A stretch of DNA of 64,000 nucleotides from an uncultured bacterium (GTDB taxonomy: Bacteria; Verrucomicrobiota; Lentisphaeria; Victivallales; UBA1829). The translations under genes were made by a program, and so were the position numbers. Of the stretch, positions 1-8,881 are shown in pieces; within the stretch, counting starts at the first letter, position 1; each line of letters opens with the position of its first letter. Location of the stretch: NCBI GenBank assembly GCA_949297765.1, contig CASFTV010000008.1:2137-66136 (forward strand), read 5' to 3'. The notes beneath the pieces are model-generated. The model made no database searches, was not told where the DNA came from, and saw only the letters and a program-made list of their open reading frames with translations.

Positions 1-1996
1 CCGGTTTCCCGTCTTTTTTCCGATAGACATACATCGTAACGCCGCGCGGCGTTTCCATCCGCCGGACCGGGACACTTCCCTCCATGAAGCGGGCGAATGC
101 GTTTCCGGCGATATAGTGTTCCGACGGAATCAACCGCCGCACAACACGGCTGGCCGCATATCCGTATTTCGGATTGCGGTCCTGCCGGAAGAAGAAGCTG
201 TCCGGTAAAAGGGTCTCCTGACGGATTCCCTCGCCGAGATCCAGCAGCATCCGGCGGATGAAATGACAGGCCCGTCCTTTTCCGGCATCCAGCGAATGCG
301 AAGGGTTGTCATACAGATAGTAGAGTTCCGTGTTCCAGAGCGGAAGATTTCCGCGGTATTTTTCCATCGCCGCGCGGATGGAAGCGATCGCGGTCCGCGA
401 CGGACTCGGAGAATCCTCCTCGCGGGAGGAATACGGATGGAAGGAGACAATATCCGTATACTGGAATCCGCCCGCCCTGCCGAAGCGTTCCAGAAAGTCC
501 GCCATAACGCCGCCGTGATCCCCGGTGACATTCGGAGCAACGACTTTGATCGACGGATCAATTTTCCGGCACTCCTCGAATGCGATCTTCAAGTATTTCA
601 CATACTCTTCCGGCGGGGTGGTCAAATTTGCCTCGTTCAGGATCTCCCAGCAGTGGACTCTTCCCTTGAAATGGCGGACTGTTTCCGCCACATAGCGCCG
701 CCAGTCTCCAAGATCGGGAAGAACCGCGACGGCTCCGGCGACTTTCGTTTTTTCCAGACGCTGTCCCCGTTCGATCACCCATCGCGGGAGATTGCGCTCC
801 AGGAAATTGTTTCCGAGAACGCCCAGCACGAAATTTTTCTCTTTCAGCACTTTGTTGACGATCCAGTCCGACATCCGGAAATCAAATTTTCCATCCTCCG
901 GCTGAACGGCATCCCAGCGGAATGCGCGCAGTGTTCCATTTCCGAGGCGATGGAGACGGACTCCGCGATTGCGGACCAGCCGCTCATACTCTGCAAGGTC
1001 CGCCTCTTTCAGATGAAACAGCAGCCGGCCTCCGTTGATGTCGGGACAGTCGAATCCGAATCCTTCCTCACACCCCAGAAGAAAATCCTTTTCGGGATTC
1101 ACACTGCCTCCGACGTATTTCTCGGTCACGGCATAGAGATACGGCCAGATCATCTCTGTTTTCCCGCCGACGCGCGCCTCTCCGCGCAGGGAATAGATTC
1201 CATACTTCTTCTGATCCACCGTCAGCGATTTGCGGACGATCTGTCCGGCGGGGACCGTCAGTTTCAGGCTTTGTTCCCCCAGTTTCTTTCCCCGGTAATC
1301 GTCATACTCGCACAGACGGATTTCCGTCTCAGCGTTCTGTTTTCCGTAATTGACCGCGCTCAGGACACAGGAAAGCGGCCCGTCCCCGTCAATGCGGCAG
1401 TGGTTCGAGGAATCCAGCGTGAATTCCACCGGACATTTCGGTGCGAACGGCGGAACGGCTTTCCCGGGAGAAATCATGAGCGCATCCAGCCAGACTGTCG
1501 CATCGGAATTTCCCCCCCACAGAAGATCCGCCAGATACCAGCGGAACTTCTTTTTCGGCGTGAATGAAATGGAATACCGTTTCCATTCCGGTGTCAGCGT
1601 GAAATACCGGAAATTCCGGTTGTCCCAGAGACTTTTGTAAAAGTTGTCGTCATCCGGAATGACGGAAAAGAGCGTTGCGCGCACTTTGACCGGTTTGCTG
1701 CTTTTCGCATAGAAGGAAAATGTGTACGGTGTCCCATCCTGAAGAAGAAAGTCCGGCGTCCGCAGTCCTGTCGGCACTCCGAACGGATTATCGAAGCGCA
1801 ATGACACCTTCCCGTGGACGGGATGTTCCGGATCCGTGACCGGCGCCTGATACCGATACTGCCGCACATCGGAAATATCCCAAACGAAACGGCGTTTGGA
1901 ATAATCGCTCCCGCCAAGTTCAAAACTGGCATCGGGCAGAAGATTTTCCGCAAACAGAGCTCCACAGAGGAACAGCAGAGGAAGACACGGTCTCAT
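1..1996 (-). CDS. Secreted clan GH-A (TIM-barrel) glycoside hydrolase with N-terminal CBM-like module; 3' end truncated by window edge
   Basis: Absent from the ORF track because the frame stays open to position 1. My translation from ATG (1996-1994) gives MRPCLPLLFLCGALFAENLLPDASFE, a signal peptide followed by an NLLxxxxFE start. The same frame gives VHCWEILNEANL (658-623, WExxNE acid/base-type motif) and LPLWNTELY (346-320, nucleophile-type TE). The start overlaps the stop of the upstream ORF (ATGA at 1993-1996). Confidence 0.7.
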   Translation of the reverse strand, partial: MRPCLPLLFLCGALFAENLLPDASFELGGSDYSKRRFVWDISDVRQYRYQAPVTDPEHPVHGKVSLRFDNPFGVPTGLRTPDFLLQDGTPYTFSFYAKSSKPVKVRATLFSVIPDDDNFYKSLWDNRNFRYFTLTPEWKRYSISFTPKKKFRWYLADLLWGGNSDATVWLDALMISPGKAVPPFAPKCPVEFTLDSSNHCRIDGDGPLSCVLSAVNYGKQNAETEIRLCEYDDYRGKKLGEQSLKLTVPAGQIVRKSLTVDQKKYGIYSLRGEARVGGKTEMIWPYLYAVTEKYVGGSVNPEKDFLLGCEEGFGFDCPDINGGRLLFHLKEADLAEYERLVRNRGVRLHRLGNGTLRAFRWDAVQPEDGKFDFRMSDWIVNKVLKEKNFVLGVLGNNFLERNLPRWVIERGQRLEKTKVAGAVAVLPDLGDWRRYVAETVRHFKGRVHCWEILNEANLTTPPEEYVKYLKIAFEECRKIDPSIKVVAPNVTGDHGGVMADFLERFGRAGGFQYTDIVSFHPYSSREEDSPSPSRTAIASIRAAMEKYRGNLPLWNTELYYLYDNPSHSLDAGKGRACHFIRRMLLDLGEGIRQETLLPDSFFFRQDRNPKYGYAASRVVRRLIPSEHYIAGNAFARFMEGSVPVRRMETPRGVTMYVYRKKDGKP

Positions 1997-2931
1997 TTCT
2001 TATGGGTCCTTTCTTTCATTTTCAACATTGCATCCTTGATCTGCAGCGATGTGTAATCCGCCAGAGGATTCACCTTGATCCGAACCATTCCGCGATACCG
2101 GGAAAGTTCCGGAGTCCTGAACGGGAAGGAATATTCCCTCCATTCGTCCGTCACCCGGAATTTCTGGAGTTTGTACCAGTGTTTCTCTCCGGAGACCCAT
2201 CCGTCGACCGAAACGGAAACCGGCTTTTCCGCATCCGCCTTCATCCAGATGGAACATTCATAGTCCGTATTTTCCAGGACCGGCAGCGGAATGCTCTCCA
2301 GCGTGACACAGCCACCCTTCTGCGGCGCGGAGTTCAATGCGAGTCCGCCTTCGATATGATCCTCGCACGGAACCAGACTCAGGCAGGAGGGCTGATTGCG
2401 GAACTTCCACTGCATTCTCCATTGCAGTGCGAGATTCTCCTCCGTTTTGAGCTTCAGGACGGCAAGATCGTTCTCCGGGAGCGCCGTCAGCCGGAGCTTC
2501 CGCACCTGAATTTCCGCGGGAGACGGGCTTTGTGCATAGACGGAAACTTTTGCCGTCCCGTCCGCCGGCATGACCAGATACCCGGAAAGAGTACGCCAGG
2601 TTCCGGAAAATTCCTTTGTCTCATAGTCTCTCCGGAACTTCTCTGCGGGTTTGTCCACCTGGAGAACGAGGTTCAGCTGAGTGTTCCCGCCCGCGCCTTC
2701 GCTCCGGTACTCCAGAGAACAGGTATAGACGCCTTTCTTCAGAGGGAGTTTCACCGCAAGACTGGTCCATTTTCCCGGTTTGACATCATATACGAAGCAG
2801 CCGTCCCGGAACGCGACATTGGATCGTCCATACGCTCTTCCGTCCTCCGGAAGCAGATTTTTCTCCGCGGCGGAAAGAGTTCCCGCCGCCAGAAGCAGAA
2901 AAACGAAGCCGAATTTCAATGATTGTCTCAT
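1993..2931 (-). CDS. Secreted non-catalytic protein of two CBM4/9/22-like beta-sandwich modules
   Basis: 312 aa. Signal peptide MRQSLKFGFVFLLLAAGTLSAAE. The mature start AEKNLLPEDG resembles the N-termini of the neighbouring hydrolases. The second half has a CBM-like pattern (YECSIWMKAD...WREYSFPF). No catalytic motif seen. SD-like GAGGA lies 6 nt upstream of the ATG. Family call is by pattern only. Confidence 0.55.
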   Translation of the reverse strand: MRQSLKFGFVFLLLAAGTLSAAEKNLLPEDGRAYGRSNVAFRDGCFVYDVKPGKWTSLAVKLPLKKGVYTCSLEYRSEGAGGNTQLNLVLQVDKPAEKFRRDYETKEFSGTWRTLSGYLVMPADGTAKVSVYAQSPSPAEIQVRKLRLTALPENDLAVLKLKTEENLALQWRMQWKFRNQPSCLSLVPCEDHIEGGLALNSAPQKGGCVTLESIPLPVLENTDYECSIWMKADAEKPVSVSVDGWVSGEKHWYKLQKFRVTDEWREYSFPFRTPELSRYRGMVRIKVNPLADYTSLQIKDAMLKMKERTHKK

Positions 2932-2977
2932 CTCATGTCCTCATGTTTTGGAAGTCCGGATACACGTCCGTTTATTT

Positions 2978-3706
2978 TCAGCGGAGCAGGTCCAGATTGA
3001 ACGTTTGAATCGCCCGTCCGTCCACGGAAATCCATTTGAGCGTGAACGGCCCCCGGCGGGAGGAGACGGAACCGGAAACAAAAAGGAACGGAGCCTTCCG
3101 CCCATGGATGAAGAGCTCTTTCAATCCGTCACTTCCCTCGACGAGAGTATTCGTAATCGGATCCGGAGTCAGAACCGAGTTGTTCCAGGAGGAATATTTG
3201 GGCTGCCGGCTGGACATCAGAGCGACTCCCGACGAGAGCTTTGTCATCCGTCCGCCATAATACACCGAGGAATCCGGCGTCCACTCCCATGCATGCCCGT
3301 CGCACCGGGCATTCCAGACCATCGTCACCTGATACGAGGAAAAAAACTTTGTATTCTCATTGGTCGGAGCAATCTCATCATGCGCCGGACAGAACATCAT
3401 TCCCCGCATGCTCTTCTCCGAATCCGGAATCCCCAGATAGCGGGCAAGATAATTCCGAAGCAGCCTTCCGGTATTGTTGCTCACCTCCGGGAGCTGGTCG
3501 TCCGAATCCGAGCAGTACATCGTCGTCGCCGTGCCGAGCTGTTTCAGATTGCTGGTGCACTGTGCCTCCTTCGCCGCATCGCGCGCCTTCTTCAGTGCCG
3601 GAAGAAGCATCCCGGAAAGGATGGCAAGGATGGCAATAACGACCAGGAGTTCTATAAGGGTGAAATTTCTTTTGTTCCGATCCACTTTCTCCTCCCGGTT
3701 TTCCAT
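2978..3706 (-). CDS. Prepilin-type N-terminal domain protein (pseudopilin-like, degenerate H-X9-SG C-terminus), cassette A
   Basis: N-terminus ...[28 protein letters not shown] is a class III signal-like segment with Glu at +5. C-terminal [13 protein letters not shown] is an H-X9-SG variant. An alternative start is the in-frame GTG at 3685, preceded by GGGAGGAG. That would give a 7-aa leader like the paralogs. Confidence 0.85.
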   Translation of the reverse strand: MENREEKVDRNKRNFTLIELLVVIAILAILSGMLLPALKKARDAAKEAQCTSNLKQLGTATTMYCSDSDDQLPEVSNNTGRLLRNYLARYLGIPDSEKSMRGMMFCPAHDEIAPTNENTKFFSSYQVTMVWNARCDGHAWEWTPDSSVYYGGRMTKLSSGVALMSSRQPKYSSWNNSVLTPDPITNTLVEGSDGLKELFIHGRKAPFLFVSGSVSSRRGPFTLKWISVDGRAIQTFNLDLLR

Positions 3707-3736
3707 TTTCCGTTTTCGATTTCTTATTTCATTATA

Positions 3737-3765
3737 ATTATAGCAAATTCATTCCGGAAAATCAA
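3737..3765 (-). promoter_or_regulatory. Sigma70-type promoter for the pseudopilin-CBM-hydrolase operon
   Basis: The minus strand reads TTGATT-17 nt-TATAAT with TGC immediately upstream of the -10 (extended -10, TGCTATAAT). It lies about 30 nt upstream of ATG 3706. Confidence 0.6.
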
Positions 3766-3805
3766 TCCCCGGCAGAGTTTTTTCATGAAACATTTGCGAT
3801 ACAAT

Positions 3806-3833
3806 TTGAAACAAATGAAACACATGCTATACT
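3806..3833 (+). promoter_or_regulatory. Sigma70-type promoter for the LacI-family gene, overlapped by TGAAACA repeats
   Basis: TTGAAA-16 nt-TATACT with an extended -10 (TGCTATACT). (A/T)TGAAACA occurs three times (3786, 3807, 3816) across the -35 and spacer. Confidence 0.55.
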
Positions 3834-3858
3834 ACCCTCAAAAGGAGAATCCGCCCCC

Positions 3859-4806
3859 ATGAAAGCAACCGTCCGATCCATTGCGAAAGCGGCGCAGGTT
3901 TCCCCTGCGACCGTTTCCCGCGTATTCAGCGGCTCCGCCCGGGTCAATCCGCAGGTGCGGGCACAGGTTCTGAATCTTGCACGGGAACTCGGTTATCACG
4001 GCTCGGAAGGACGCAATATCGCCTTAATCACAAGCGGGAACACGTTTTTCGGCTATGACGGCATGATTCTGGATGCGCTCCAGTCTGAGCTGGCACATCG
4101 GAAATTCCGGGCGATTCTGATTCCGCTGTTCAGTCTGCCCTGTCTGGATGAATGTGCCTTTGCGGGAGCAATTTCCATTGTTTACACCAGCGGACTGGAA
4201 AAGATCTGGAGCCGGAACCGGGCGGCGCCGCTGGTATGCATCAACACCATCGGATATCATCTGGACGGCATCTATCAGGTGAGGTCCGATGAAACCAGGG
4301 GGACGGAACTGGCGCTGAAACACCTGTTCGAGTTCGGACACCGGAAAATCGGGATGGTGACTTTTGCAAGCGATCCGTCCCAGTCCAAAGCCTTCCCTCT
4401 CCGGGTTGAGGCCTTTCAGCGCTTTCTTCGGGAACATGGGGGTACGGGGAAAATTGCCAACGCAATCTCCATCACCCGTGTGCCGGATGCCGTTCGCATG
4501 CTGCTGGATGCGGGAGTCACCGCGATTTTTGCAGTGGGGGAATCCATCGGCCTTCCGGTTACACATGCGCTGAAACTGTTCCACCGCGGAATTCCGGAGG
4601 ATATTTCTCTGATCTCCTATGAAAACAGGGGGATTTCCGAACACATGGATCCCCCGCATACAACGATCGGCCAGCGAATGGACCGTCTGGCCGCCGCGGC
4701 AGTGGATCTGATAGAAAAACAGCTGAACGGGGAACACAACCTTTCCGACATTTCGGTGGACTATTATCTGCGCCGCCGCGACAGTGTCATGCCGCCGAAG
4801 CAGTGA
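3859..4806 (+). CDS. LacI-family transcriptional regulator
   Basis: N-terminal HTH MKATVRSIAKAAQVSPATVSRVFSG...ARELGYH, followed by a periplasmic-binding-protein-like sugar-binding core. AAAGGAG RBS. Divergent from the cassette A operon. Confidence 0.9.
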   Translation: MKATVRSIAKAAQVSPATVSRVFSGSARVNPQVRAQVLNLARELGYHGSEGRNIALITSGNTFFGYDGMILDALQSELAHRKFRAILIPLFSLPCLDECAFAGAISIVYTSGLEKIWSRNRAAPLVCINTIGYHLDGIYQVRSDETRGTELALKHLFEFGHRKIGMVTFASDPSQSKAFPLRVEAFQRFLREHGGTGKIANAISITRVPDAVRMLLDAGVTAIFAVGESIGLPVTHALKLFHRGIPEDISLISYENRGISEHMDPPHTTIGQRMDRLAAAAVDLIEKQLNGEHNLSDISVDYYLRRRDSVMPPKQ

Positions 4807-4833
4807 CTTCCGCCGTCCGGCGGCGCATTCCTA

Positions 4834-7800
4834 TTATTCCCGGGTCAGCAGAGAGGAGAGCGTTCCGCCGGGCAGAAAATCGGTTGCCATGCGGAACCGG
4901 AGTTTTCCGTCGCGGTATTCCGCCGGGATCTCCCGGTCCGCCGGAGTCCCGTCCAGTTCCAGCGGGACAATCCGCATGTTGTGCGGCAGGGAGAGGACCA
5001 TCTCCGCAGAACCGCGTTCCAGCATCTGGGGAAGACCTCCCCAGCTGAGCAGAATCCGCCGGCTTTTGTCCTCGAAGCGCAGTCCGTCGTTGGCAAGATC
5101 GGTCAGCTGGACGAGCAGGATTTTCCGGCTGTCCGTCAGAGATTTCCCGTCCAGCGACATCAGGGCGACGGTCTGAAACCCGCTGAGCTTCGCCGACACG
5201 ATAACCGATCCGCTCTGAGTTCCCGATCCGGTCAGCACTTCGCTCCGTGGAGTCACGATCCGCATGGATTTTTCATTCCGGTTCAGCGTGATCTCTTTTG
5301 TGGAGGAGGTGATTTCGCCGCGTTTGCGCAGGGATCCCAGAGCGGACCGCGCTTCCTGTGAAAGGTTCTTCTCCCAGTTTTTCCGGAGCGGATCGACCTT
5401 TTTCACGCCGGGAATGTTCCTCTGCTCCGTCAGGGAACCGATCCGTCCGAAGAGGCCGAGTCTCTGGAAATCCATCGGATACGTTCCGGCGCGGCTGTTG
5501 CCCTTCAGCGAACGGATCTGTTCCGGTTTGAGTTCAAACGCATACGCGGGATCCGCGGTTTTGACGTCGCCCCGGACAAAGAGCATGTAGAGGATCCGTT
5601 CCGCCATCTGCGCCTGAATATTGTTGACGATGTCAAAATGATTCAGTGCGCGATCGGGATTTCTCATGCCGGTGATTCCGTGAGACCAGGCAAAGCGGTA
5701 GAGACCGTCCCAGTCCTGCAATCCGGCATATCCTCCGAAGAGGGCCGGACACTCCGCGCGCCAGATGTTCGGCACGCAGAAATTGAACTCCGTCACGGTG
5801 AACGGTTTTCCGAACACGCGAGTTGCCATCAGCTCCCGCGGCGCCGCGGCTTCAGCGCCGATCGACGAACGGTTGTGAAACACAAACGGGATCCCCCAGC
5901 GCTTCTGCGGAAACCGCGGATGATCCCAGTACTGATGATTGTCCACATGATCCAGACCGGAACGAAGCCCGGCAATGGGAAACACCATGTAGTTGTTCAG
6001 ATCGGTCACGAGCGCCTTGAGTCCGACCTCCTCCTTCAGGAATCGCATCTGCTCCCGGATGCACTGCTCCTGAAGAGAATTGAGAAATTCGATGAAAAGA
6101 CCGTTCCGTGTGATCCTTTTTTCATCGGCGGAAAGAGAATTTTCACGCAGATACTCCTCAAACTTCCGCAGATAGATTCTGCGGGCGCCGAACGAGGTCC
6201 GGACGCTGTCCCAGACGCCGATCAGCGGATTCTCGTTCACCAGATTCAGGGAGTAGAGAACCGGATCCCCGGCGAGGGAGAGGCCGGTATAGGGATTTTT
6301 CGCGCACAGAACCTTCCGGGCGAACGCCTTCCAGTTCCGCATCGCGGCCGGACTGATCGGGATCAGATTTTTCATGCTGTATTCGCCGGTCCGGTCGAAT
6401 TCCGGGATCCGGTCGCCGTCCTTCAGTTTCCGGCTGGCGTAAAGGTCGATGCAGACATAGAATCCGCGCTCCTTCAGCCGGGCAATCAGGAAATGGAACT
6501 GATCCAGCTTCTTCGGATCAATGGTGAGACTGTCGGCGGCCTTGCGGTCCAACAGTCCCTCCTCGAAATGGTGGAGCCGGACCGTAATGTAGCCGAGCCG
6601 TTCCGCATTCCGGAGGAACTGTTCGACCTCCGCGCGGTTCGGGTAATTGGCACTCCCGACAAGATTCGGCCCCAGCAGACGGATCCGCTTCTCCGGAGCC
6701 TTCTCAAACACGAAATGACCGTTCCGATCGGCAATAATATGACCGTATTTTCCCGCGGGCATCTCGCGGAAGACGGAAAAATCCAGCGGAGAATCCTTCG
6801 CCGTCGTCCCGCCGAACCGGATCGGCAGCCACTCCGGCCCCTTCCGGACGATAAACTCATCCTGCAGCGGAAAACGAGCCCGCCCGTCCGCGAAAGCGGC
6901 TCCGGCGATCATCCAGACCACATCTCCGCCCCCCCTGACAAACTCCAGATGCACCGGCTTCCCCTTCAGCGGAAATGCGGAAAGATACAACCCGATCTCC
7001 GCGGAAGGCACTCTTCCGTTCCATACAAGATGCGCATTCTGTCCGGACAGCGGATTGTACCAGTTTCCGCAGTCGCGCCCGGCGGCAACGGTCAATTTTT
7101 CCGACCGGCCGTCCTCATACCGGATCCGGAGAAAGCCGACCGGCGCTCCTCCCACGGGAGTCCATGCGGAAGCGTGAAGCAGATAGAGATAGCGCATTCC
7201 CTGCGGGAAACGGGAGATCTCCACTGCGGCGGACTCCGGTCCGAGCCCCTGTCCGAGCACCAGACACGATTTTCCTCCGTTCCGATCCGGATTCACCGTG
7301 TCGATCCGGACATTGTAAAAATTGTGCTTCCCGGTTTTCAGGGAACGGAGATCCATTTCCGCCCCCTGCCCGGTCCAGCCGGGGAATTTGCCGTCGTCGC
7401 GGAAGCTCCGGTTGAAAATCCCGGAAAGATCCAGCGGAACGGACTTCACATCAAGCCGGGAGAAATCATACCGGAAATCCAGCGCGAGATTCCAGTTTTT
7501 CACCGTTTCCGGATGCCGTTTTTCGGGCAGAAAGCGCAGCTGATAATACTCCGTTTCGCCGCGGACGAATTTTCCTGTGCAGAACAGATAGAATTTTCCG
7601 GAAACTGCAAAACAGCCGTGGGGATCCCGGACTTCGACCTTCCGCGCCTTTCCGCCGAAGACATTCTTTTTCCGGAAAGCCGGCGGCATGGAAACCGTTT
7701 TCCCATCGACCTTCAGTTCAATTTTCTTATTCAGAGGCAGATCGACCCCCAGAAATACCATTTTACACGGGACAGGTTCCTTCCGGGCGTCCAGACGGAC

Positions 7801-8100
7801 TTCCCAGCGGAAATTGTCCTCCGCCTCCGCCTGAATGGTTTCCGTGATCCGGAAAAGGTCGAATTCCCCTTTCAAGGAAAACTCCTTCTTCGAGTGTTTC
7901 GGATACCCGGCATCCGGTTTCACACGCGACTGGCCGATCGGATTCCACGCAGGAGTATACCGGAGCATGGAAAAGCGGTAGCGTCCGTCCAGAGAGAATC
8001 CCCCGTCGGGGGAAATCTGCACACTTTTCCCGAAATCCGCAGTTGAAGCGAATGGAAGAAATAGAAGGGTGATAAAGATTGTTTTTAAAAACACGGTCAT
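4834..8100 (-). CDS. Secreted multi-domain clan GH-A glycoside hydrolase (GH5-like TIM barrel), cassette B
   Basis: 1088 aa. Signal peptide MTVFLKTIFITLLFLPFASTAD. TIM-barrel-type motifs ITVRLHHFE, LNLVNENPL (NE acid/base) and FTVTEFNF (TE nucleophile). AGGAGA RBS in the 18-bp gap after the pilin-like gene. Confidence 0.75.
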   Translation of the reverse strand: MTVFLKTIFITLLFLPFASTADFGKSVQISPDGGFSLDGRYRFSMLRYTPAWNPIGQSRVKPDAGYPKHSKKEFSLKGEFDLFRITETIQAEAEDNFRWEVRLDARKEPVPCKMVFLGVDLPLNKKIELKVDGKTVSMPPAFRKKNVFGGKARKVEVRDPHGCFAVSGKFYLFCTGKFVRGETEYYQLRFLPEKRHPETVKNWNLALDFRYDFSRLDVKSVPLDLSGIFNRSFRDDGKFPGWTGQGAEMDLRSLKTGKHNFYNVRIDTVNPDRNGGKSCLVLGQGLGPESAAVEISRFPQGMRYLYLLHASAWTPVGGAPVGFLRIRYEDGRSEKLTVAAGRDCGNWYNPLSGQNAHLVWNGRVPSAEIGLYLSAFPLKGKPVHLEFVRGGGDVVWMIAGAAFADGRARFPLQDEFIVRKGPEWLPIRFGGTTAKDSPLDFSVFREMPAGKYGHIIADRNGHFVFEKAPEKRIRLLGPNLVGSANYPNRAEVEQFLRNAERLGYITVRLHHFEEGLLDRKAADSLTIDPKKLDQFHFLIARLKERGFYVCIDLYASRKLKDGDRIPEFDRTGEYSMKNLIPISPAAMRNWKAFARKVLCAKNPYTGLSLAGDPVLYSLNLVNENPLIGVWDSVRTSFGARRIYLRKFEEYLRENSLSADEKRITRNGLFIEFLNSLQEQCIREQMRFLKEEVGLKALVTDLNNYMVFPIAGLRSGLDHVDNHQYWDHPRFPQKRWGIPFVFHNRSSIGAEAAAPRELMATRVFGKPFTVTEFNFCVPNIWRAECPALFGGYAGLQDWDGLYRFAWSHGITGMRNPDRALNHFDIVNNIQAQMAERILYMLFVRGDVKTADPAYAFELKPEQIRSLKGNSRAGTYPMDFQRLGLFGRIGSLTEQRNIPGVKKVDPLRKNWEKNLSQEARSALGSLRKRGEITSSTKEITLNRNEKSMRIVTPRSEVLTGSGTQSGSVIVSAKLSGFQTVALMSLDGKSLTDSRKILLVQLTDLANDGLRFEDKSRRILLSWGGLPQMLERGSAEMVLSLPHNMRIVPLELDGTPADREIPAEYRDGKLRFRMATDFLPGGTLSSLLTRE

Positions 8101-8118
8101 CGTCTCTGATCTCCTGAT

Positions 8119-8847
8119 TCACTTCTGTTTCAAATCCCACTTTTCCTTATAGATGCGACTGGTTGCGGAGTTTGCCCCGTCCCAGAGATCCCGGAAGGAG
8201 AGCGATGCGGCGTGACCGTCATGGAACACACCGCTCAGCCGTCCTGAATGCCGGTATGCCGGCATATTGTTGATGGAGGAGGAATAGATCTCTCCGTAAA
8301 CGTCATAGTAGTTTGCTTTGTTTGCCCGTTCATAGCAGACCATCCAGTCGGTGCCATCCGTGAAGAGCAGCTTGGAGGAGGGGTGGTTCACCTGCGTACT
8401 CCGAATTCCCCGATACATTCCGCTGCTGTGTTCGGAGAAACTGGGCAGGCCCTCACGATTCATTCCATACGAGTTCATCACCTGGAAACAGCCGGGCCAG
8501 GAAGGCGACGTAACAGACCGGGCGAGAGATGCATTCGGGCAAATCAGGCTGCTCGGCCAGTAGTCGCCGACCTCCGGAGTCAGTTTCGCATACGGACGGA
8601 GCTGATAAACCCACCGGAGTGTCGACAAATCTCCCAGCGTATTCACGCCCGGACACCATCCGTCATAATCGTCCTGATAGAAAATCACAAATTTCCCGAA
8701 GGAATTCAGAATATTCATACAGGTGATCGCGCGCGCCTTCTCTCTTGCGGCATTCAGAGCGGGCAGAAGGATCGCCGCAAGAATCGCGATGATTGCAATC
8801 GTAACAAGCAGTTCTATCAGGGTAAAGTTTCTTGTTCTCTTTTTCAT
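8119..8847 (-). CDS. Prepilin-type N-terminal domain / H-X9-DG protein, cassette B
   Basis: Trimmed from track ORF 8119-9006 to ATG 8847, which is preceded by [47 protein letters not shown]-terminal HSGRLSGVFHDGH is H-X9-DG. Confidence 0.88.
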   Translation of the reverse strand: MKKRTRNFTLIELLVTIAIIAILAAILLPALNAAREKARAITCMNILNSFGKFVIFYQDDYDGWCPGVNTLGDLSTLRWVYQLRPYAKLTPEVGDYWPSSLICPNASLARSVTSPSWPGCFQVMNSYGMNREGLPSFSEHSSGMYRGIRSTQVNHPSSKLLFTDGTDWMVCYERANKANYYDVYGEIYSSSINNMPAYRHSGRLSGVFHDGHAASLSFRDLWDGANSATSRIYKEKWDLKQK

Positions 8848-8881
8848 TCCTTTTTCTCCTTTGTTATGAGACAGATTGATT

